DNA of 64,000 bases from a virus. The translations under genes and the position numbers were made by a program. The notes below the pieces were generated by a model. The model saw only the letters and a list, made by a program, of their open reading frames with translations, did not search any database and was not told where the DNA came from. The DNA is taken from the IMG/VR virus record IMGVR_UViG_3300037465_000558; one strand, given 5' to 3'. Of the stretch, positions 61,106-64,000 are shown piece by piece; positions within the stretch are counted from its first letter, which is position 1; the number at the start of each line of letters is the position of its first letter.

Positions 61106-62296
61106 GTGAACGCTCTGAACCCGGATAGGATCTTCGGCCAGGACCGCATCGAGAAGATCGCTAACGAGGTGGCCCGGCGCGCCAAGGCCCGCGTGGACCT
61201 CGTCGCCCCGCGCTCCAAGCTCGCCGTCACCGTCACCGAGAACGAGGCGCCCGACATCGCCCTCGTCGTCCAGAACGGGAAGGACCGCGTGCTCCCGTTC
61301 ACGCGCCCGGCGCTCCTCCAGCTCGTGTCGAGCGTGGACGTGCCGGCTACGTTCGTGTCCCGCCTCGCCGAGCGCGGGCACCTGGACCTCATCGCCGCCA
61401 CCACGAGCGAGCTGCTCGCCCGCGAGGGGACCACACCCAAGGGCGAGCCGCGTAAGCACCTCGTGCGCGAGCTGGATGGCCGGGTGGACGGGTTCCTCTC
61501 GGACCGCTACCGCGCGGTGAGCAACGACGACCTCCTCGCCGTCACGCTCCAGGAGGCGGAGCGGCTTGAGTGCGAGGTGTGGGACTTCTCCCTCACGGCG
61601 ACCCACTTCCGCATCAAGCTCATCGCGCCCGGGCTCCGGCAGCGTGTCGAGCACCTGGCTCCCAAGGGCGAGGCGCACGGATGGGCCAAGTTCGCGGGCG
61701 ACGACTGGCTCAACGCGGCCGTGACGATCGGAAACAGCGAGAACGGGCACGGGCGCCTCTTCGGCAACATCTCCACCTGGCGCCAGGTGTGCCGCAACTT
61801 CGCGGTGATCGAGCGCGGCGTGGCCCGCGTCCACCTCGGCTCCAAGTTGGAGGAGGGGACGCCCGACTGGCAGAGCGACGAGACCAAGCGCAAGGCCGAT
61901 GAGCTGCTCGTGAGCCAGGTTCGCGACGTGATCCGCGCCGCGTTCGACCCCGAGCGGTTCGCGAAGCTCGTGGGGCGCATCAGCGCGGCGACCGCACGCG
62001 GCACGGGCGAGACGGGCGTCGTCGAGGTGGTGGACGCCGCTATCAAGCTCTACGGGCTCCCGGCCGAGCGCAAGGAGGCGATCCTGGAGTCCTTCCTCCG
62101 GGCCGGCAAGTCGCAGTATTTCCTCGCCCAGGCCGTCACCGAGCAGGCGAACCCAGACCGCGCGGGCGACCTCCCGGACGACGCGCGCAACGCGATCGAG
62201 GACGCGGGCGGGAAGATCCTCGCCCTCGGGGCGCACGGCTGGGAGAAGTTCCTGGCGGGCGCGATCAAGCCGGAGATGGTCGAAGCGGACGCCTAG
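61106..62296 (+). CDS. DUF932-like phage protein
   Basis: DGFLSDRYRAVSNDDLL, IGNSENG, RQVCRNFA, RVHLG pattern. Confidence 0.7.
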   Translation: MNALNPDRIFGQDRIEKIANEVARRAKARVDLVAPRSKLAVTVTENEAPDIALVVQNGKDRVLPFTRPALLQLVSSVDVPATFVSRLAERGHLDLIAATTSELLAREGTTPKGEPRKHLVRELDGRVDGFLSDRYRAVSNDDLLAVTLQEAERLECEVWDFSLTATHFRIKLIAPGLRQRVEHLAPKGEAHGWAKFAGDDWLNAAVTIGNSENGHGRLFGNISTWRQVCRNFAVIERGVARVHLGSKLEEGTPDWQSDETKRKADELLVSQVRDVIRAAFDPERFAKLVGRISAATARGTGETGVVEVVDAAIKLYGLPAERKEAILESFLRAGKSQYFLAQAVTEQANPDRAGDLPDDARNAIEDAGGKILALGAHGWEKFLAGAIKPEMVEADA

Positions 62297-62304
62297 GCGT
62301 CCTG

Positions 62305-62373
62305 GCGCCGCCAGGCGGGCGCCCCTCGCCCGCGCGGGAGGGGCGCGCCCGGGTTCGAGTCCCGGACGGCGCG
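62305..62373 (+). ncRNA. tRNA-like structure lacking a D arm
   Basis: Acceptor GCGCCGC/ACGGCGC (6 of 7 pairs), 9-bp hairpin GCGCCCCTC/GAGGGGCGC, perfect T arm CCGGG-TTCGAGT-CCCGG; no encoded CCA. Confidence 0.5.
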
Positions 62374-62421
62374 TGCGTCGCAAGGGTTCCGAGCGCCCGA
62401 AACTCGGGGGAGTGTGTCACC

Positions 62422-63009
62422 GTGAAGAAGACGAACGTTCCGAGCGGGCTCCGCGCGCCCGCTCTCATGCTCGCGCCCGGGCTCTACAGGCTCGCGCGTG
62501 ATGTCGCGAACCCAAAGCCCGACAAGCGCAGCGCTATGTGGCCGACTCGCCCGTCCTGGGGCGCCGGGACGCAGTTCTACGTGGACGAGCGCTGGCTCGA
62601 CAGGCGCCAGGACACGGGCGAGGACGTCGTGCGGCTTCGGCTCCGGCGCGTCGCCTACGCGCTCAAGCTCACGACGGAGGTCATCGGGCCCTTCAAGGGC
62701 GGCAAGCTCGACGGGCGCCACGGCTACCCCGAGAAGGACGCGCTCCTCTGGGACGCGCTCGCGCCGAACCTCGTGCCCGAGCCCAGGACGCTCGGGAGCG
62801 TACTCCTCGCCGCGCACGAGGAGGCGGGCACCTACGACGAGCAGGACATCCTGGCGGCGCTAGTGGAGCGAGGCCACGTGAGCCTGGACACGCTCGGGGA
62901 CGCGCTCGCCTACCTCCGGCTGCTCGATGCGGGCAACCGGACCGACTCGCCCGAGCGCGAGGCGCTCCTCGCGCGGCACGGGATCATCGGAACGCGGGGT
63001 GGCGAGTGA
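62422..63009 (+). CDS. Hypothetical protein
   Basis: 195 aa, GGGGAG RBS. Confidence 0.7.
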   Translation: MKKTNVPSGLRAPALMLAPGLYRLARDVANPKPDKRSAMWPTRPSWGAGTQFYVDERWLDRRQDTGEDVVRLRLRRVAYALKLTTEVIGPFKGGKLDGRHGYPEKDALLWDALAPNLVPEPRTLGSVLLAAHEEAGTYDEQDILAALVERGHVSLDTLGDALAYLRLLDAGNRTDSPEREALLARHGIIGTRGGE

Positions 63010-63356
63010 GAACACCCGACGGTCGCGACATCTGCGGGACGTCCGTCCCTCGCTCGTGCGTGCGCGCGCCCGGCCACAAGGGCACGCACCGCGAGCATCC
63101 GGGCCTCGCGCTCTGCCTCATCTGCGGGGCCCAGTACGCCCTGGAGGATGAGCAAGGCGGGTTGCGGATGTGCGGGCAGTGCTCGAACGCGGTCCCAGCC
63201 AACCGCTCCGGCCTCGTGAGCGAGGCGCGCGACATCGCCAAGCGCGTGCTCGGATTCGAGCCCGGGGCACTCTTCGGCGTCGAGATGAACGCGGTCATGC
63301 TCGCGCGCGCCGTTTTGGCGCTCACCGAGCCCGGACCGGATGGGGTGCGACCGTGA
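63006..63356 (+). CDS. Zn-binding hypothetical protein
   Basis: GTGA overlap; CVRAPGHKGTH, CLIC..CGQC. Confidence 0.6.
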   Translation: MRTPDGRDICGTSVPRSCVRAPGHKGTHREHPGLALCLICGAQYALEDEQGGLRMCGQCSNAVPANRSGLVSEARDIAKRVLGFEPGALFGVEMNAVMLARAVLALTEPGPDGVRP

Positions 63357-63919
63357 GCCACCCCAAGAAGACGCGCGACTACGTGACGCGCGACGAGGTC
63401 CGCGAGGCCCGCGCCAAGCTCGGCGCCAGCTCGGCGAGCTACGCGTGCGGGACGCCCGTCAGGGCGCCTCACTCGTTGGCGTGCGAAGGGTGCCAGCGCG
63501 CCGATGCGGAAGCCGCGCGCACGCCGGTCGGCCCGGGCATCCCGGCGAGCGCGCTCGCGAGCAGGCGATGCCGCGAGTGCGGCGTGGACCTCTGCGACGG
63601 CGCCGCCCTCTGCGTCCCGTGCGACGAGAAGAACAAGTCGTGTCCGCACCTGGACCCTTTCGGCGTCACCCGGGAATCCCGCGGCTCGTGCGTGCTCAAG
63701 AAGGGACACGAAGGCGAGCACATCTGGCGGCGTGACGTAGGCGCCGCCCAGGCGATCATGGACCTCATCGCCGCGCTCCCCGAACAGGCGCGCGTGCGCA
63801 TGGACGCGCTCGCGGCCATCGCGGTCGCCATCGACGCGGCCGAGGAAATGCTCGGGTTGCTCGGACCCTGCCCGGGTTGCCCGGACTGCGAGCCGCTCAG
63901 GTTCGCTGAGTTGAACTAG
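63353..63919 (+). CDS. Zn-binding hypothetical protein
   Basis: GTGA overlap; CREC..CVPC, CVLKKGHEGEH. Confidence 0.65.
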   Translation: MSHPKKTRDYVTRDEVREARAKLGASSASYACGTPVRAPHSLACEGCQRADAEAARTPVGPGIPASALASRRCRECGVDLCDGAALCVPCDEKNKSCPHLDPFGVTRESRGSCVLKKGHEGEHIWRRDVGAAQAIMDLIAALPEQARVRMDALAAIAVAIDAAEEMLGLLGPCPGCPDCEPLRFAELN

Positions 63920-63928
63920 GAGGATCCC

Positions 63929-64000
63929 ATGGGCATGGACGTCTACGGCAACGCGCCGTCCAGCAAGGACGGCAAGTACTTCCGCGCCAGCGTGTGGAGC
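63929..64000 (+). CDS. Phage hypothetical protein, partial (runs off right edge)
   Basis: GGAGG RBS; MGMDVYGNAPSSKDGKYFRASVWS. Confidence 0.65.
   Translation, partial: MGMDVYGNAPSSKDGKYFRASVWS

Noticed and set aside
62305-62373. Canonical tRNA or tmRNA gene
   Set aside because: No D arm, no 7-nt anticodon loop, no CCA; far too short for tmRNA and no tag ORF.
50-64000. Many long ORFs in the track, e.g. 50..1192 +, 21332..24019 +, 27217..29373 +, 34020..36170 -, 56298..57998 -, 60155..62383 -
   Set aside because: Shadow frames of GC-rich genes on the opposite strand or in other frames: Arg/Ala/Pro-rich, no RBS, no motifs, fully overlapping better-supported genes.

Overview
The whole 64 kb reads as one high-GC bacterial virus genome segment: dense operons with ATGA/GTGA/TAGTG stop-start overlaps and no recognisable host housekeeping block. 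Organisation: 1-33.9 kb is on the minus strand (virion/structural block ~1-20 kb, then accessory and replication genes). 34-46.7 kb is plus (recombination, nucleotide metabolism, GroES). 47-51.5 kb is minus. 51.6-64 kb is plus (early/accessory genes, Cre-like integrase). No terminase, portal, HK97 capsid or tail gene is recognisable. Instead the structural block holds beta-rich jelly-roll-like proteins, several C-terminally membrane-anchored proteins, Arg-rich proteins, a glycosyltransferase/methyltransferase pair and a transglutaminase-like cysteine protease. This suggests (inference) a large, tailless, membrane-containing temperate virus; its packaging ATPase is not in this window. Best-supported unusual element: a textbook group I (IA-like) intron inserted in the last codons of the putative major capsid gene. 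It carries a LAGLIDADG endonuclease, and its best-pairing 3' splice site would also enclose a second, structural-looking gene. The virion proteins share three recurring short signals (N-terminal M[AG]YR, internal G[LMV]G, basic-N-P) that suggest a dedicated protease maturation/sorting system. All family calls are from motif recognition by eye; no searches or structure predictions were run, and most start codons were re-picked from RBS/overlap evidence.
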